Of a stretch of 58,640 nt of DNA, positions 39,371-51,239 are shown piece by piece. A model generated the notes under the pieces. It had not been told where the DNA came from, did no database searches, and worked only from the letters and a program-made list of their open reading frames with translations. Position numbers and translations under genes: made by a program. The stretch lies in contig CAVLCG010000001.1 in assembly GCA_963661445.1 (NCBI GenBank), positions 19,539 to 78,178 on the forward strand. Direction: 5' to 3'. This DNA is from a bacterium (GTDB lineage: Bacteria > Bacillota_I > Bacilli_A > RF39 > UBA660). Every line of letters begins with the position of its first letter. Position 1 is the stretch's first letter.

Positions 39371-39386
39371 TGTTTGGAGTGATAAA

Positions 39387-39974
39387 ATGAGTCACTATTT
39401 TGAAAATGACCAAAATTTAAAAAGTCAGTTAAAAAAGACTAGTTGTTCAATCTTTAATAGAGAATTTACTTTCTATACTGATAATGGTGTTTTTGCTAAG
39501 AAAGGTGTAGATTATGGAAGTAAGTTATTATTAGAATCAATTAAAGATGAGAACTATAATAACATTCTTGATGTGGGTTGTGGTTATGGAACATTGGGAA
39601 TAATTTTAAATAAAAAATATAATTGTTATACAACTATGGTTGATGTTAATAAAAGAGCTTTACATTTAACTAAAAAAAATATAATAGAAAATAAGTGTGA
39701 TAATGTAGAAGTATTTGAAAGTGATGCTTATCAAAATATAGATAAGAAATATGACTTGATAGTTACTAATCCACCAATTCATGCTGGCAAAAAGAAAGTC
39801 TATGAGATATTAATGGATGCTAAAAAATATCTTAATGATAATGGCAAACTTTACTTTGTAATTCATAAAGACCAGGGAGCTAAATCAGTAGTAAAAGATT
39901 TAAGTGATATTTATAAAATTGAGGTAGTAAAAAAAGATAAAGGTTTTTTCATAATTTTAGCTGAAAACAGTTGA
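39387..39974 (+). CDS. class I SAM-dependent methyltransferase, RsmC/YbxB-like
   Basis: ILDVGCGYGTLG SAM-binding motif and TNPPIHAG motif IV. It sits between rplL and rpoB like B. subtilis ybxB. Start at MSHYFEN after a GGAG RBS. Confidence 0.85.
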   Translation: MSHYFENDQNLKSQLKKTSCSIFNREFTFYTDNGVFAKKGVDYGSKLLLESIKDENYNNILDVGCGYGTLGIILNKKYNCYTTMVDVNKRALHLTKKNIIENKCDNVEVFESDAYQNIDKKYDLIVTNPPIHAGKKKVYEILMDAKKYLNDNGKLYFVIHKDQGAKSVVKDLSDIYKIEVVKKDKGFFIILAENS

Positions 39975-40068
39975 CTTGTTGCTAAGATTGTGTTAATAAT
40001 ATAAATTGGCAACGTGTTATTTTTAGAATAACATTTGTACGAAAAATTGTGTATAGGGGTGAAGATGA

Positions 40069-43000
40069 GTGGCATATAAAATAGTAAAATATGGAAAACA
40101 TCGTGAAAGAAGAAATTATTCAAAAATAAGAAATACTTATGAATTAAAGGATTTATTGGAAGTTCAAAAGAAATCATATGATTGGTTTATTACTACAGGA
40201 ATCAAAGAGGTATTTGATGATTTATTTCCTGTGGAAAACTTTTCTGGTACTTTATCTTTAGAGTTTGGTGATTATCATTTTGATAGTCCAAGATATACTA
40301 TTAAAGAAAGTAAAGACAGAGAAACAACTTTTGCATCTCCTTTAAAAGTTGATGTTCGTTTATTTAACAGAGAAACTGGTGAAGTAAAAGAGCAAGAAAT
40401 TTTTATGGGTGATATGCCTACTATGACTGATAGTGGTACCTTTGTAATTAATGGGGCAGAACGTGTTATTGTATCACAATTAGTACGTAGTCCAAGTGTT
40501 TATTATAATAGAGAGATAGACAAAAATGGTCGTGAGTTAATTACATCTCAAATCATTCCTACACGTGGTACTTGGTTAGAATTTGAAGCAGATGCTAGAG
40601 ATGTTTTGTATGTAAGAATTGATAGAACAAGAAAGGTAACTCTTACTACTCTTTTACGTGCTTTTGGACTTTCTTCTGATGAAGAAATCTTAAAGATGTT
40701 TGGAGAAGATGATTACTTAAAAAATACTATTCAAAAAGATTCAACTAAAAATACAGATGAAGCTTTAATTGAAATATATGAAAAATTAAGACCAGGTGAA
40801 CCTGCTACTCTTGATTCTTCTAAGAACCAAATTATTACTAGATTCTTTGATGAATTTCGTTATGACTTAGCTAAAGTTGGACGCTATAAGTTCAATAGAA
40901 AATTAAATATATTAGATCGTTTATTAAATCAAACATTAGCTGAAGATGTAAAAGTCAATGGTGAAGTTAAATTTAGTAAAGGAACTAAGATTAATAAAGA
41001 TGTATTCTTAGAATTAAAAGATATATTTGCTGATGGTTATGGTGTTAAAGAAGCAACTATTAATGAAGACTTAGATACTTATAATAAAATTCAAGAAATT
41101 AAGATAGTTGATCCATCAGATAAGAAGAAGACTTTAACAGTTATTGGTAATGATCAAACATTAGAAGTTAAGAGATTAACTATTTCTGATGTATATGCTT
41201 CAGTATCTTACTACTTAAACCTATTACATGGTGTTGGTAACTTTGATGAAATCGACCATTTAGGAAATAGACGTATTCGTCAAGTAGGAGAACTTTTACA
41301 AAATCAATTCCGTATTGGTGTGTCAAGAATGGAACGTGTTATTCGTGAGAGAATGACTACTCAAGAAATGGAAGAGGTAACTCCTAAGACATTAATTAAT
41401 ATTCGTCCAGTAACAGCTGCTATGAAAGAATTCTTTGGAAGCAGTCAGTTGTCACAATTCATGGACCAAACTAACCCAGTTGCAGAGCTTACTAATAAAA
41501 GACGTTTATCAGCTTTAGGACCAGGTGGACTTTCTCGTGATAGAGCCGGTGTTGAAGTTCGTGACGTTAATGCTTCTCACTATGGTAGAATTTGTCCAAT
41601 TGAGTCACCTGAAGGACCAAATATCGGACTTATTACTTCACTTGCAAGTTATGCTAAGATTGATGAGTATGGATTTATAATGACTCCATATCGTAAAGTT
41701 GAAAAATGTAAGATAACAGACCATGTAGATTATTTAACAGCTGATGAAGAACAAGATTATATAATCAGTCAATCTACAGTAAATACAAATGAAGATAATG
41801 TAATTATAGATAAACAAGTATCTGCTAGATTCCGTGATGAAAATATTCTTGCTAAGCCAGAGCAAGTTGATTATATTGACGTATCACCTCAACAAGTTGT
41901 ATCTGTAACAACAAGTTGTATTCCATTCCTAGAACATGATGATGCTCATAGAGCTTTAATGGGAGCTAACATGCAACGTCAGGCTATGCCGCTTTTAAAA
42001 ACAGAAGCTCCTTATATTGGAACTGGTGTTGAACATATTGCAGCAAAAGACTCAGGAGTTTGTATTGTTGCTAAAGCAGATGGTATTGTTTCTTATGTAG
42101 ATGCTAAGAAGATAAAAGTAAAAACTAAGAATGGTGAAGATACTTACTATTTAGCTAACTTTGAACTAGCAAACTCAGGAATTTGTAATCATCAACGTCC
42201 AATTGTTCAAGTTGGTGAAGAAGTAGAAGCTGGTAAGACAATTATTGCTGATGGTAATAGTACTGATATGGGAGAACTAGCTCTTGGTAAAAATGTTACA
42301 GTAGCCTTTATGACATTTAATGGTTATAACTATGAGGATGCGGTAATATTAAATGAAAACTTAGTAAAAGATGATAAATATACATCACTTCACTTGGAAG
42401 ACTATGAAATGCAATGTAGAGAAACTAAACTTGGACCAGAAGAGATTACAAGAGATATTCCAAATGTTAGTGAAGAAGCAAGAAAGAATCTTGATGAAAA
42501 TGGTATTGTAACTATCGGTACTGAAGTTAAAGAAGGAGATATTCTTGTTGGAAAAGTTACTCCAAAAGGAATGGCCGAATTAACTAGTGAAGAAAAATTA
42601 TTACATGCTATCTTTGGTGAAAAGACTCGTGAAGTTCGTGATACTTCATTAAGAGTTCCACATGGTGGAGATGGTATTGTTCACGATATTAAAATTTATT
42701 CAAGAAAAGATAATGATGAATTACCTGCTGGTGTTTCTAAAGTAATTAGAGTATATATTATTCAAAAGAGAAAGATTCAAGTAGGAGATAAGATGTCTGG
42801 TCGTCATGGTAACAAGGGTGTTATTTCCCTTATTCTTCCACAAGAAGATATGCCATATTTACCAGATGGTCGTCCAGTTGATATTATGCTTAACCCTCAA
42901 GGTGTTCCATCTCGTATGAACTTAGGACAGATTCTAGAGTTACATATGGGTATGGCTGCTAAGAAGTTAGGTGAATATGTAGCTACTCCAGTATTTGATG

Positions 43001-43662
43001 GAGCTCACATTTCTGATATTGAAGAAATGATGGAAGAAGCTGGTATGGACAAAGATGGAAAAACAGTTCTATATGATGGACGTACTGGTGAACCATTTGA
43101 TAATCGTATTTCTGTAGGTATCATGTATATGATTAAATTACATCATATGGTAGATGATAAACTACATGCAAGAAGTACCGGACCTTACTCATTAGTTACC
43201 CAACAACCACTTGGTGGTAAAGCTCAGTTTGGTGGACAGCGTTTCGGTGAAATGGAAGTTTGGGCATTATATGCTTATGGTGCTGCTTATACATTACAAG
43301 AAATGATGACTGTAAAATCAGATGATGTAGTTGGTCGTGTTAAAGTATTTGAATCAATTGTCAAAGGACAAGAAATAAATGAAGCCGGTATTCCAGAATC
43401 ATTTAGAGTATTAATGAAAGAATTCCAAGCTTTAGGACTTGATATTTCAATCATAAATGATGAAGGACAAGCTTTAGATTTAAAAGAAATAGAAGAGGCT
43501 GAAGAAAAAGCGGAAGCAGAAGAACTTGATAGAGCAACAAGAGAAGCTATAGAAGATAATACCAAAGATATGGTAAAAGAAATTAAAGAAGAAATTATCG
43601 AAGATGATGAAGATGATAGTGATTTAATGGAAGGGGATGACGAAGATGATGGAAGTAAATAG
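40069..43662 (+). CDS. rpoB: DNA-directed RNA polymerase subunit beta
   Basis: 1197 aa with canonical blocks ([25 protein letters not shown]). GTG start after an AGGGGTGAAG RBS. The C-terminal tail is acidic. Confidence 0.98.
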   Translation: MAYKIVKYGKHRERRNYSKIRNTYELKDLLEVQKKSYDWFITTGIKEVFDDLFPVENFSGTLSLEFGDYHFDSPRYTIKESKDRETTFASPLKVDVRLFNRETGEVKEQEIFMGDMPTMTDSGTFVINGAERVIVSQLVRSPSVYYNREIDKNGRELITSQIIPTRGTWLEFEADARDVLYVRIDRTRKVTLTTLLRAFGLSSDEEILKMFGEDDYLKNTIQKDSTKNTDEALIEIYEKLRPGEPATLDSSKNQIITRFFDEFRYDLAKVGRYKFNRKLNILDRLLNQTLAEDVKVNGEVKFSKGTKINKDVFLELKDIFADGYGVKEATINEDLDTYNKIQEIKIVDPSDKKKTLTVIGNDQTLEVKRLTISDVYASVSYYLNLLHGVGNFDEIDHLGNRRIRQVGELLQNQFRIGVSRMERVIRERMTTQEMEEVTPKTLINIRPVTAAMKEFFGSSQLSQFMDQTNPVAELTNKRRLSALGPGGLSRDRAGVEVRDVNASHYGRICPIESPEGPNIGLITSLASYAKIDEYGFIMTPYRKVEKCKITDHVDYLTADEEQDYIISQSTVNTNEDNVIIDKQVSARFRDENILAKPEQVDYIDVSPQQVVSVTTSCIPFLEHDDAHRALMGANMQRQAMPLLKTEAPYIGTGVEHIAAKDSGVCIVAKADGIVSYVDAKKIKVKTKNGEDTYYLANFELANSGICNHQRPIVQVGEEVEAGKTIIADGNSTDMGELALGKNVTVAFMTFNGYNYEDAVILNENLVKDDKYTSLHLEDYEMQCRETKLGPEEITRDIPNVSEEARKNLDENGIVTIGTEVKEGDILVGKVTPKGMAELTSEEKLLHAIFGEKTREVRDTSLRVPHGGDGIVHDIKIYSRKDNDELPAGVSKVIRVYIIQKRKIQVGDKMSGRHGNKGVISLILPQEDMPYLPDGRPVDIMLNPQGVPSRMNLGQILELHMGMAAKKLGEYVATPVFDGAHISDIEEMMEEAGMDKDGKTVLYDGRTGEPFDNRISVGIMYMIKLHHMVDDKLHARSTGPYSLVTQQPLGGKAQFGGQRFGEMEVWALYAYGAAYTLQEMMTVKSDDVVGRVKVFESIVKGQEINEAGIPESFRVLMKEFQALGLDISIINDEGQALDLKEIEEAEEKAEAEELDRATREAIEDNTKDMVKEIKEEIIEDDEDDSDLMEGDDEDDGSK

Positions 43663-46600
43663 ATTCGATGGAATTAAGATTGGAATTGCATCTCCAGAAA
43701 AGATAAGAGAATGGTCTCATGGTGAAGTTAAAAAACCAGAAACTATTAATTATCGTACTTTAAGACCGGAACGTGATGGACTTTTCTGTGAAAAGATTTT
43801 TGGACCTACTAAGGATTTTGAATGTGCTTGTGGAAAGTATAAACGTGTTCGTTATAAAAACATTGTTTGTGACCGTTGTGGAGTTGAAGTTACAAAAGCT
43901 AAAGTAAGACGTGAGAGAATGGGACATATTGAACTAGCTAGTCCTGTTTCTCACATCTGGTTCTTTAAAGGCGTTCCATCTCGTATGGGATTAGTACTAG
44001 ATATGAGTCCAAGAGACTTAGAGGAAGTATTATACTTTGTTAGTTATGTTGTAATTGATAAAGGTAATGCTCCACTTGAAAATAAACAAACATTATCTGA
44101 GAAAGAGTATCGTGCTTACTATGAAAAATATGGTAATGGTTTCAAAGTAGGTATGGGTGCTGAAGCTATCAAAGCTTTATTAAAGAAAGTAGATTTAGAG
44201 CATGACATTAATGAAATTAATAAAGAACTTGAAACTGCTCAAGGTCAAAAGAGAGTTCGTTTATTAAAGAGATTAGATGTTTTAAATGCTTTCTATCAAT
44301 CAGGACAAAAACCAGAGTGGATGATTTTAGATTGTATTCCAGTTATACCTCCTGAGTTACGTCCAATGATTCAATTAGATGGTGGAAGATTTGCTACTAG
44401 TGATTTAAATGATTTATATCGTCGTGTTATTAACCGTAATAACCGTCTAAAGAAATTAATCGATTTAGGAGCTCCTGGTATCATTATTCAAAATGAAAAG
44501 AGAATGCTTCAAGAAGCAGTAGATGCCTTATTTGATAATGGTCGTCGTGGAAGAAGTGTTACAGGTGCTGGAAATCGTCCTTTGAAATCACTTTCTAGTA
44601 TGTTAAAAGGTAAGCAAGGACGTTTCCGTCAAAACTTATTAGGTAAACGTGTTGACTATTCTGGACGTTCAGTTATCGTTGTTGGTCCATCACTAAAGAT
44701 GTATCAATGTGGTATTCCAAAAGAAATGGCACTAGAATTATTTAAACCACATGTTATTAATGGTTTGGTAAGCAGAGATATTGCTCATAATATTAAAGCT
44801 GCTAAGAGATTGATTGAAAATCAAGACCCAGTAGTTTGGGATATCGTTGAAGATGTAATTAAAGAGCATCCAGTTCTATTAAACCGTGCTCCTACATTAC
44901 ACCGTTTAGGAATTCAAGCTTTCGAACCAGTTTTAGTTGGTGGTAAAGCAATTAGACTACATCCATTAGTATGTCCTGCTTTCAATGCTGACTTTGATGG
45001 TGACCAGATGGCTGTTCACGTACCATTATCAGAAGAAGCTCAAGCAGAAGCTAGATTATTAATGTTAGGTTCTAATAACATTCTTCACCCAAAAAGTGGT
45101 GATCCGATTGTTACACCAAGTCAGGACATGGTTTTAGGTAACTATTATATTACAATGGAAAAAGCAGGAGAAGATGGAGAAGGACGTGTTTTCAAAGATT
45201 GTAATGAAGCTTTAATGGCTTATGAAAGACGTGAAATCACTCTTCACACTCGTATTGTTATACCAGTAGATTCATTTAAATATAAAATATTTACTGAATC
45301 ACAAAAAGGTAAATACTTAGTAACTACTACTGGTAAAATTAAATTCAATGAAATTTTACCAGATTCATTCCCATATATTAATGAACCAACTGATGAGAAT
45401 ATTCAAAATATTACTCCAAATAAGTATTTCTTACCACAAGGAGCTAATATTAAAGAAGAGATTAGTAAAATGGATTTAGTTAAACCATTTGCTAAAGGAA
45501 CATTAGAAAAGATAATTGCTCAAGTATTTAAACGTTATAAAACTACTGAAACTTCTGCAATGCTTGATAAAATGAAAGACTTAGGTTTCTATTATTCAAC
45601 AATAGCAGGTATTACTGTTTCAATGTCAGATATTGCTACAAGTCGTCATAAACAAGAGTTTGTTGATGAAGGACAAGCTATGGTTGATAAAATTAATAAA
45701 CAATATTCTCGTGGTTTAATTACTGAAGAAGAACGTCATGAAAAAGTTATTGAAACTTGGTATGGAGTTAAAGATAAAGTTCAAGCTGAGCTTGAAGATA
45801 TCTCTAAAGAACAAATTGATAACCCAATCTTCATGATGATGCACTCTAAGGCTCGTGGTAACATTTCAAACTTTACTCAGGTTGCTGGTATGCGTGGTTT
45901 GATGCAGAAGCCAAACGGAGACCCAATTGAAATTCCCGTTCTTTCAAACTTTAAAGAAGGACTTTCAGTATCCGAATTCTTCTTATCTACTCACTCTGCT
46001 CGTAAAGGTGATGCCGATACAGCCCTAAAGACAGCTGATTCAGGTTACTTAACTCGTCGTCTTGTTGATGTCAGTCAAGATATGATTGTACGTGAAGAAG
46101 ATTGTGGAACTGAACAAGGAGTTATGGCTCATGCCTTCATTAATGAAAAAACTGGTTCTGTTATTGAGAGCTTAAAAGATCGTATTGTTGGTCGTTATGC
46201 TAGTAAGAAAGTAATAGATCCTAATACAAAAGAAGTAATTATTGATCGTAATGAATTTATTACTGAAGCTCTTGCTGATAAAGTAGTAGCTGCAGGAATA
46301 GAAACTGTAGAAATTCGTACAATCTTAACATGTAATACTGAAAAAGGTGTATGTCAAAAATGTTATGGTAGAAACCTTGCAACAGGAAACTTAGTTGAAA
46401 TTGGTGAAGCTATCGGTGTTATGGCTGCTCAATCAATTGGTGAACCTGGTACACAGCTTACAATGCGTACTTTCCATACTGGTGGTGTTGCCGGTGGAGA
46501 AGATATTACTCAAGGTCTTCCTCGTGTTCAAGAGTTATTTGAAGCTAGAAATCCAAAAGGAAAAGCAACTATTGCTGAAATTGATGGTAAAGTTTCTAAG

Positions 46601-47278
46601 ATTACTGAAGACCATGGTAAATTTAAGATTAGCATTACTAACAAATTAGAGACTAAAGAACATGTATCTAATTATGGTGCTAAACTTGCTGTAGAAAAAG
46701 GACAAGAAGTTCATTGTGGTGATAAGTTAACTGAAGGTGCTATTAGTCCAAAAGAATTGTTAGCAGTAACAGACCCTATTACAACTCAAGAATACATCTT
46801 AAAAGAAGTTCAAAATACTTATCGTTCTCAAGGTGTTGATATTTCTGATAAGCATATCGAAGTTATTGCTCGTAGAATGATTAGTAAGATTCGTATTGTT
46901 GATAGTGGAGATACTACATTCTTACCTGGTAGTCTTGTTAATTTCCGTGAGTTTACTGAAGGAAATAAAGAAATTATCATTAAAGGTAAGAAACCTGCTA
47001 CTGGTCGTCCTATTCTTTTAGGAATTACTAAAGCATCACTTGAAACTGATTCATTCTTATCTGCAGCATCATTCCAAGAGACAACAAGAATCTTAACAGA
47101 TGCATCTATTCGTGGTAAGGTTGATAAACTTGAAGGACTTAAGGAAAATGTCTTACTTGGTAAACTAATTCCTGCTGGTACTGGTTTAAAACATTATCGT
47201 GATGTATCTTACAACTTAGAAAGTGAATTAATGGATGATGAACCATTAGATAAATTAGAAGATGAAATTATGGAGTAG
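43646..47278 (+). CDS. rpoC: DNA-directed RNA polymerase subunit beta'
   Basis: Zinc motif [20 protein letters not shown] and catalytic NADFDGD. The start is ambiguous (ATG at 43637, 43646 or 43649); all of them overlap the rpoB 3' end. Confidence 0.97.
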   Translation: MMEVNRFDGIKIGIASPEKIREWSHGEVKKPETINYRTLRPERDGLFCEKIFGPTKDFECACGKYKRVRYKNIVCDRCGVEVTKAKVRRERMGHIELASPVSHIWFFKGVPSRMGLVLDMSPRDLEEVLYFVSYVVIDKGNAPLENKQTLSEKEYRAYYEKYGNGFKVGMGAEAIKALLKKVDLEHDINEINKELETAQGQKRVRLLKRLDVLNAFYQSGQKPEWMILDCIPVIPPELRPMIQLDGGRFATSDLNDLYRRVINRNNRLKKLIDLGAPGIIIQNEKRMLQEAVDALFDNGRRGRSVTGAGNRPLKSLSSMLKGKQGRFRQNLLGKRVDYSGRSVIVVGPSLKMYQCGIPKEMALELFKPHVINGLVSRDIAHNIKAAKRLIENQDPVVWDIVEDVIKEHPVLLNRAPTLHRLGIQAFEPVLVGGKAIRLHPLVCPAFNADFDGDQMAVHVPLSEEAQAEARLLMLGSNNILHPKSGDPIVTPSQDMVLGNYYITMEKAGEDGEGRVFKDCNEALMAYERREITLHTRIVIPVDSFKYKIFTESQKGKYLVTTTGKIKFNEILPDSFPYINEPTDENIQNITPNKYFLPQGANIKEEISKMDLVKPFAKGTLEKIIAQVFKRYKTTETSAMLDKMKDLGFYYSTIAGITVSMSDIATSRHKQEFVDEGQAMVDKINKQYSRGLITEEERHEKVIETWYGVKDKVQAELEDISKEQIDNPIFMMMHSKARGNISNFTQVAGMRGLMQKPNGDPIEIPVLSNFKEGLSVSEFFLSTHSARKGDADTALKTADSGYLTRRLVDVSQDMIVREEDCGTEQGVMAHAFINEKTGSVIESLKDRIVGRYASKKVIDPNTKEVIIDRNEFITEALADKVVAAGIETVEIRTILTCNTEKGVCQKCYGRNLATGNLVEIGEAIGVMAAQSIGEPGTQLTMRTFHTGGVAGGEDITQGLPRVQELFEARNPKGKATIAEIDGKVSKITEDHGKFKISITNKLETKEHVSNYGAKLAVEKGQEVHCGDKLTEGAISPKELLAVTDPITTQEYILKEVQNTYRSQGVDISDKHIEVIARRMISKIRIVDSGDTTFLPGSLVNFREFTEGNKEIIIKGKKPATGRPILLGITKASLETDSFLSAASFQETTRILTDASIRGKVDKLEGLKENVLLGKLIPAGTGLKHYRDVSYNLESELMDDEPLDKLEDEIME

Positions 47279-47300
47279 TGTTTAACTACTCTTTTCTTTT
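47273..47300 (+). terminator. rho-independent terminator after rpoC
   Basis: GAGTAGT-GTTTA-ACTACTC followed by TTTTCTTTT; it overlaps the stop codon. Confidence 0.7.
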
Positions 47301-47339
47301 GGTAAAAATTATGTTATTCTCTAAATGAGAGGTATCGTT

Positions 47340-48086
47340 ATGAAATATATTAAAGTATTAGTTGTAGTAGGTTTACTTCTAGCATTTTCATTGCTATTTG
47401 TATATAAGGACCAGAAAGTAGCAGTTTTAGGGTATCATTCTTTTAGTGAAAATAAAGAAGAAGATATGTTTATTATGCCAATAAATGAGTTTGAAGAACA
47501 ATTAAAGTACTTAAAGAAGCATAATTATAAAACATTAAGTCTTGATGAATTCTATGATTATTATAAAGGTAAAAAAAAGATTCCTAGAAAAAGTGTTTTA
47601 ATCACAATGGATGATGGTTATCAATCTAATTATGATTTAGCATTTCCTTTACTAAAAAAATATAAGATGAAAGCGACAGTTTTCTATATTGGTTCTAATG
47701 AGACTGGTGAAAATAAAGATTATATGAATAAAGAAACATTGGCTTTAATTAAAAAGAATTATCCTAATATAGAAATAGCATCTCACTCTTATGGACTTCA
47801 TTATGATAAATCGATAGAAAAAGGAATAGATTATTTAACAGCAGATTTTGATAAAATGGGTGATGTTGTTAATACTAAGTACTTTGCATATCCTTATGGT
47901 CATTATAATGAAGATATTATTAAAGTATTAAAAACTAAGAAATATAAAATGGCTTTTGGATTTGGACCTGGTAGGGAACATAGAAAAGCTAGTCGTAGTG
48001 ATAACATTTATACAATACCAAGACTTAACATTACTAATGGAATGCCACTATGGAAATTTTCTTTTAGATTGATTTTACCTTATTAA
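47340..48086 (+). CDS. polysaccharide deacetylase (NodB homology, CE4) family protein
   Basis: N-terminal TM/signal anchor, TMDDGY (motif 1) and HSYGLH (motif 2). Confidence 0.82.
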   Translation: MKYIKVLVVVGLLLAFSLLFVYKDQKVAVLGYHSFSENKEEDMFIMPINEFEEQLKYLKKHNYKTLSLDEFYDYYKGKKKIPRKSVLITMDDGYQSNYDLAFPLLKKYKMKATVFYIGSNETGENKDYMNKETLALIKKNYPNIEIASHSYGLHYDKSIEKGIDYLTADFDKMGDVVNTKYFAYPYGHYNEDIIKVLKTKKYKMAFGFGPGREHRKASRSDNIYTIPRLNITNGMPLWKFSFRLILPY

Positions 48087-48171
48087 TGTGAAAAAGTGTC
48101 AATAACTATTTTGTCACTTTTCTTTTTATCTAATATTTGTTAGAATAAGAATAGAATAAGAAGGTGTTAGT

Positions 48172-48774
48172 ATGCGTATAGGTGTAGATGTAGATGGAGT
48201 ATTAAATGATGTGGCTGAATGGCATTTTGCTTACGGTTCTAAGTTTTGTGCAGACCACAATATTAATCGTGGATTTAATCCAAATGGTTATTATATGGAA
48301 GAACAATTTTATTTAACAGCTGAGGAGAATAGAGAATTTTGGAGGCAGTACATATTTGATTTATTATTAGCAATCCCACCACGTCCTTTTGCAACTGAAG
48401 TGATTCATAGATTAAGACAAGATGGACATGAAGTATTTATTTTAACCGCTAGAGATAATCAATATTTAACTAATCAGTATGATGGCATGAGTGATTTTTA
48501 TGTAAAACATTGGTTAAATAAATATAATATTGAATATGATGGTATAATAACGGGTACTACTAATAAAAAGGAAAAATGTATAAATGGGAAATTTGATATT
48601 ATGATAGAAGATAAGAAAACTAATGTTGATATGATTAGTAAAATTATCCCAGTCTTTGTTTTTGATGCCCCATATAATCAGACTTGTAGTGGTACTAACG
48701 TGATAAGAGTTTACTCTTGGTATCAAGTATATCAAGAGATTACAGAAAAGTTTGCTCCAGTAGAAATATTATAA
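48172..48774 (+). CDS. HAD-superfamily 5'(3')-deoxyribonucleotidase-like hydrolase
   Basis: MRIGVDVDGVLND is the DxDxV motif I, LTAR is motif II, and IEDK lies near the C-terminus. Confidence 0.65.
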   Translation: MRIGVDVDGVLNDVAEWHFAYGSKFCADHNINRGFNPNGYYMEEQFYLTAEENREFWRQYIFDLLLAIPPRPFATEVIHRLRQDGHEVFILTARDNQYLTNQYDGMSDFYVKHWLNKYNIEYDGIITGTTNKKEKCINGKFDIMIEDKKTNVDMISKIIPVFVFDAPYNQTCSGTNVIRVYSWYQVYQEITEKFAPVEIL

Positions 48775-48786
48775 GGGGGAAAGATT

Positions 48787-48954
48787 ATGAAACTAAATAA
48801 TAAAGGTTTTGGTATGGGAACATTAATTTTCTTTATATGTTTATTCTTTGTAATATTACTTGCTGTAACTTATATAGCATATACAAATGGGATAGAAAAG
48901 AAAGACAATAATAGTAATTCTATACCAGAAATTAGAGAACCAGCGAATGAATAA
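48787..48954 (+). CDS. small hypothetical membrane protein (55 aa), absent from the ORF track
   Basis: Manual translation gives MKLNNKGFGMGTLIFFICLFFVILLAVTYIAYTNGIEKKDNNSNSIPEIREPANE. A strong AAGGGGGA RBS lies 6 nt upstream. It has one TM helix. Confidence 0.45.
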   Translation: MKLNNKGFGMGTLIFFICLFFVILLAVTYIAYTNGIEKKDNNSNSIPEIREPANE

Positions 48955-48971
48955 GAAAGGAAGAGATACAA

Positions 48972-49973
48972 GTGCGAGTAGCAATTAATGGTTTTGGAAG
49001 AATAGGAAGACTAATTTTTAGAATAATGGATCAAGATAGTGATTTTGAAATAGTTGCTATTAATGATTTAACGGATGCTGAACAGTTAGCATACTTATTA
49101 AAATATGATACTGCTCATCGTCCTTATAGAAAAGATGAAATATCTTTTGATAATGATATGCTTATTGTAGGAGATAAAAAAATAAAAGTTTTAAGTGAAA
49201 AAGACCCATCATTATTACCATGGAAGGAACTAGATATAGATTTAGTTTATGAATGTACAGGATTATTTACTTCTCTTGAGAAAGCCAATGCTCATATAGA
49301 AGCAGGAGCTAAAAAAGTAGTTATATCTGCACCAGCTAAAGGTGATGTTAAGACGGTAGTATACAATGTAAATGAAAATATCTTAGATAAAGATGATAAA
49401 ATTATTTCTGCAGCTAGTTGTACTACTAACTGTTTAGCACCAGTTTTAAATGTTATCGAAAAAGAATTTGGAATAGAAAGTGGTTATATGACTACAGTTC
49501 ATGCTTATACTAATGACCAAGCAAATCTAGATGTTGCTCATAAAAAAGGTATATATGCAAGACGCGGTAGAGCTAGTGCAGCTAATATAGTACCAACTAG
49601 TACAGGAGCAGCTAGTGCTATTGGAAAAGTAATACCTTCACTTGATGGAAAACTATCAGGAATGGCAATGCGTGTTCCAGTGATAACTGGTTCAGTTGTT
49701 GATTTAGTTTTAAAACTAAAAAAGAATGTTACTAAAGAAGAGATAAATGAAGTCTTAAAAAATAATCAGAATGAAACATTAGGATATACTACTGACCCAA
49801 TTGTTTCTAGTGATGTGATTGGGATGAGTTATGGCTCTTTGGTAGATGGGCTATTAACCTCTGTTAATAAAACTGATGATATGGAACTTGTTAAAATAAT
49901 AGCTTGGTATGATAATGAGATGAGTTATTCTTATCAAATGGTAAGATGTGCTAAATACTTCTTAAGTTTATAA
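48972..49973 (+). CDS. gap: type I glyceraldehyde-3-phosphate dehydrogenase
   Basis: INGFGRIGR and ASCTTNCLAP. GTG start after a GAAAGGAAG RBS. Confidence 0.96.
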   Translation: MRVAINGFGRIGRLIFRIMDQDSDFEIVAINDLTDAEQLAYLLKYDTAHRPYRKDEISFDNDMLIVGDKKIKVLSEKDPSLLPWKELDIDLVYECTGLFTSLEKANAHIEAGAKKVVISAPAKGDVKTVVYNVNENILDKDDKIISAASCTTNCLAPVLNVIEKEFGIESGYMTTVHAYTNDQANLDVAHKKGIYARRGRASAANIVPTSTGAASAIGKVIPSLDGKLSGMAMRVPVITGSVVDLVLKLKKNVTKEEINEVLKNNQNETLGYTTDPIVSSDVIGMSYGSLVDGLLTSVNKTDDMELVKIIAWYDNEMSYSYQMVRCAKYFLSL

Positions 49974-49981
49974 ATTTTAGG

Positions 49982-50006
49982 GAAAAGCCTAGCTTTTCTT
50001 TTTTTC
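49982..50006 (+). terminator. rho-independent terminator after gap
   Basis: GAAAAGC-CTA-GCTTTTC followed by T8. Confidence 0.8.
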
Positions 50007-50049
50007 TTCTTAAAAAAATGTTATACTGTCTTTAGGGTGAGTTGGCAAT

Positions 50050-51237
50050 ATGAAAAAGACAATAAGAGATTTTAATTTAAAAGATAAAAAAGTAATCATA
50101 AGATGTGATTTTAATGTCCCTATAAAAGAGGGGAAAATAATAGATGATACAAGAATTAAAAATAGTTTAGAGACTATTAAATATGCAATAGATAAGAATG
50201 CTAAAGTAATATTACTTAGTCACTTAGGAAGAATTAAGGAAGAAAGTGACAAATTAAAAAATAGCTTAGACATAGTGGCTAAAAGACTTAGTAAACTACT
50301 TAATAAAAAAGTAACATTTGTAGATGAGGTAGTAGGTGAAAAAGTAGAAACTGCTATTTCGAAAATGAAAGATAAAGATGTTATCTTACTACAAAATACT
50401 AGATATGAAGACTTAGATGGTAAAAAAGAAAGTAAATGTGATTTAGAATTTGCCAAGCAATTAGCAAGTTATGGTGATATATTTATTAATGATGCTTTTG
50501 GTACTATTCATAGAGCACATGCCTCAAATTATGGAATTAGTAAGTATCTAGAAAGTGGTATTGGCTTTCTAGTAGAAAAGGAATTAGAAAAGTTATCTAT
50601 CTTAAATAATCCTAAAGACCCATTTGTTATTATTATGGGAGGAGCTAAAGTAGCTGATAAGATTGGAGTTATTGATAACTTATTACCAAAGTGTGATAAA
50701 TTACTAATTGGTGGAGGAATGGCTTTTACCTTCTTACAAGCGGAAGGCTATGAAATAGGAAATTCGATTCTTGATGCAGATTCACTAGAATACTGTCAAA
50801 AATTATTAAAAGAGTATCCAGATAAAATAGTCTTACCAATTGATGTTGCTTGTAGCACAGAATATAAAGATAGTGATAAAAGAATAGAAAAAGATATAAA
50901 TGGGATAGACTTTCATGAGATGGGCTTAGATATTGGGGAAAAGACTCTTAATCTTTTTGAAAAATATTTAGAAGAGGCAAAGACTGTCTTTTGGAATGGA
51001 CCATTAGGCGTATATGAATTTTCTCTTTATGCTAAAAATACTGATAAATTATTAAACTACTTAGGAAAAAGTAAAGCTAAAGTAGTACTTGGTGGTGGGG
51101 ATATTGTAGCAGCAGCTAGTAAACTTTCGATAACTGATAAATTTTATCATGTTTCAACCGGAGGGGGAGCTACTTTAGAATATCTTAGTGGCAAAGAATT
51201 ACCAGGACTTGAAAATATAGAAGAAAAAGAGGCATAA
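50050..51237 (+). CDS. pgk: phosphoglycerate kinase
   Basis: RCDFNVP, SHLGR, and GGGDIVAA / STGGGATLE motifs. Confidence 0.96.
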   Translation: MKKTIRDFNLKDKKVIIRCDFNVPIKEGKIIDDTRIKNSLETIKYAIDKNAKVILLSHLGRIKEESDKLKNSLDIVAKRLSKLLNKKVTFVDEVVGEKVETAISKMKDKDVILLQNTRYEDLDGKKESKCDLEFAKQLASYGDIFINDAFGTIHRAHASNYGISKYLESGIGFLVEKELEKLSILNNPKDPFVIIMGGAKVADKIGVIDNLLPKCDKLLIGGGMAFTFLQAEGYEIGNSILDADSLEYCQKLLKEYPDKIVLPIDVACSTEYKDSDKRIEKDINGIDFHEMGLDIGEKTLNLFEKYLEEAKTVFWNGPLGVYEFSLYAKNTDKLLNYLGKSKAKVVLGGGDIVAAASKLSITDKFYHVSTGGGATLEYLSGKELPGLENIEEKEA

Positions 51238-51239
51238 AG

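Noticed and set aside
48787-48954. Type IV prepilin/pseudopilin reading of the small ORF ('NNKGFGMGTLIFF')
   Set aside because: It lacks the G|F-T-L-x-E consensus, having no Glu at +5 and Gly-Met in place of Thr-Leu. It is much shorter than pilins. I kept it only as a generic small membrane ORF.
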